Source of the DNA: a virus
Lineage: Duplodnaviria; Caudoviricetes
DNA length: 58,491 bases
IMG/VR virus record: IMGVR_UViG_3300027659_000039
Location: 1 to 58,491 of that record
Strand: one strand, 5' to 3'
Shown here: one piece after another, positions 58,268-58,491 of the stretch
How the letters are laid out: the number at the start of each line of letters is the position of its first letter
How positions within the stretch are numbered: position 1 is the stretch's first letter
Notes under the pieces: generated by a model
What the model saw: the letters and a program-made list of their open reading frames with translations, nothing else
What the model was told of the DNA's origin: nothing
Databases searched by the model: none
Program-made: the position numbers and the translations under genes

Positions 58268-58491
58268 TTAATCTCCAAATGCGATTGATGCCGCTGAATA
58301 CGGATATCTTCTAAATTGTTTAACTGCGCTGATACCTTTTACAGTGATCGTCGCATCGTCTCCTGGTGCAGGTACGTTAAAAATTTCTACATAATTTGTT
58401 GTTGCTGTAGAAACACTTGAACTTGCACTTATAACTCTAAATCCTTTGTAGCTGTCATATTCTGTTATCCACGGATATCTGTATTCTGTAA
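58268..58491 (-). CDS. 3' end of a truncated upstream gene
   Basis: Frame open from window end: ...TEYRYPWITEY...SAASIAFGD*. Confidence 0.65.
   Translation of the reverse strand, partial: TEYRYPWITEYDSYKGFRVISASSSVSTATTNYVEIFNVPAPGDDATITVKGISAVKQFRRYPYSAASIAFGD

Noticed and set aside
1-58491. Stop-codon reassignment as seen in some large phages
   Set aside because: Core genes are intact in the standard code and coding density is high; the one broken gene is explained by a duplication

Overview
The window is part of a large lytic tailed-phage genome with a T4-like (myovirus) core gene set; no bacterial housekeeping context, tRNA, rRNA or CRISPR array was seen. (1) 1-3333: a visibly GC-richer + strand block of small 'early' ORFs and an AAA ATPase, driven by four near-perfect sigma70 promoters. 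It ends in a structured non-coding boundary with a G-quadruplex motif, hairpins and direct repeats. (2) 3.6-19.7 kb: nucleotide metabolism and replication/recombination genes (5'-nucleotidase, Pol-beta-type nucleotidyltransferase, YqgE/AlgH, gp41-like helicase, primase, a 193-aa minimal DnaE-like protein, putative clamp-loader subunit, UvsW, UvsY, UvsX, gp32). (3) 19.8-36.7 kb: morphogenesis genes (terminases, gp4-like nuclease, tail tube, tail sheath, neck, tail terminator) plus dNMP kinase, HNH and NUDIX, mostly behind a short TAAATA late-promoter motif. (4) 37.1-45.3 kb: a tightly coupled sugar-tailoring operon (GT9-like, NodU carbamoyltransferase, sulfotransferase, GT-A, GmhB-like phosphatase, GT4, GT2-methyltransferase fusion, APS kinase-adenylyltransferase fusion); this is the best candidate for an undescribed system. 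(5) 45.5-58.5 kb: modular Ser/Thr/Gly-rich tail fibre/adhesin genes, including three paralogous LamG-like scaffolds. One paralogue carries nested glycine-rich domains and is frameshifted by an exact 41-bp tandem duplication. All functional calls come from motifs recognised by eye, not from database searches.
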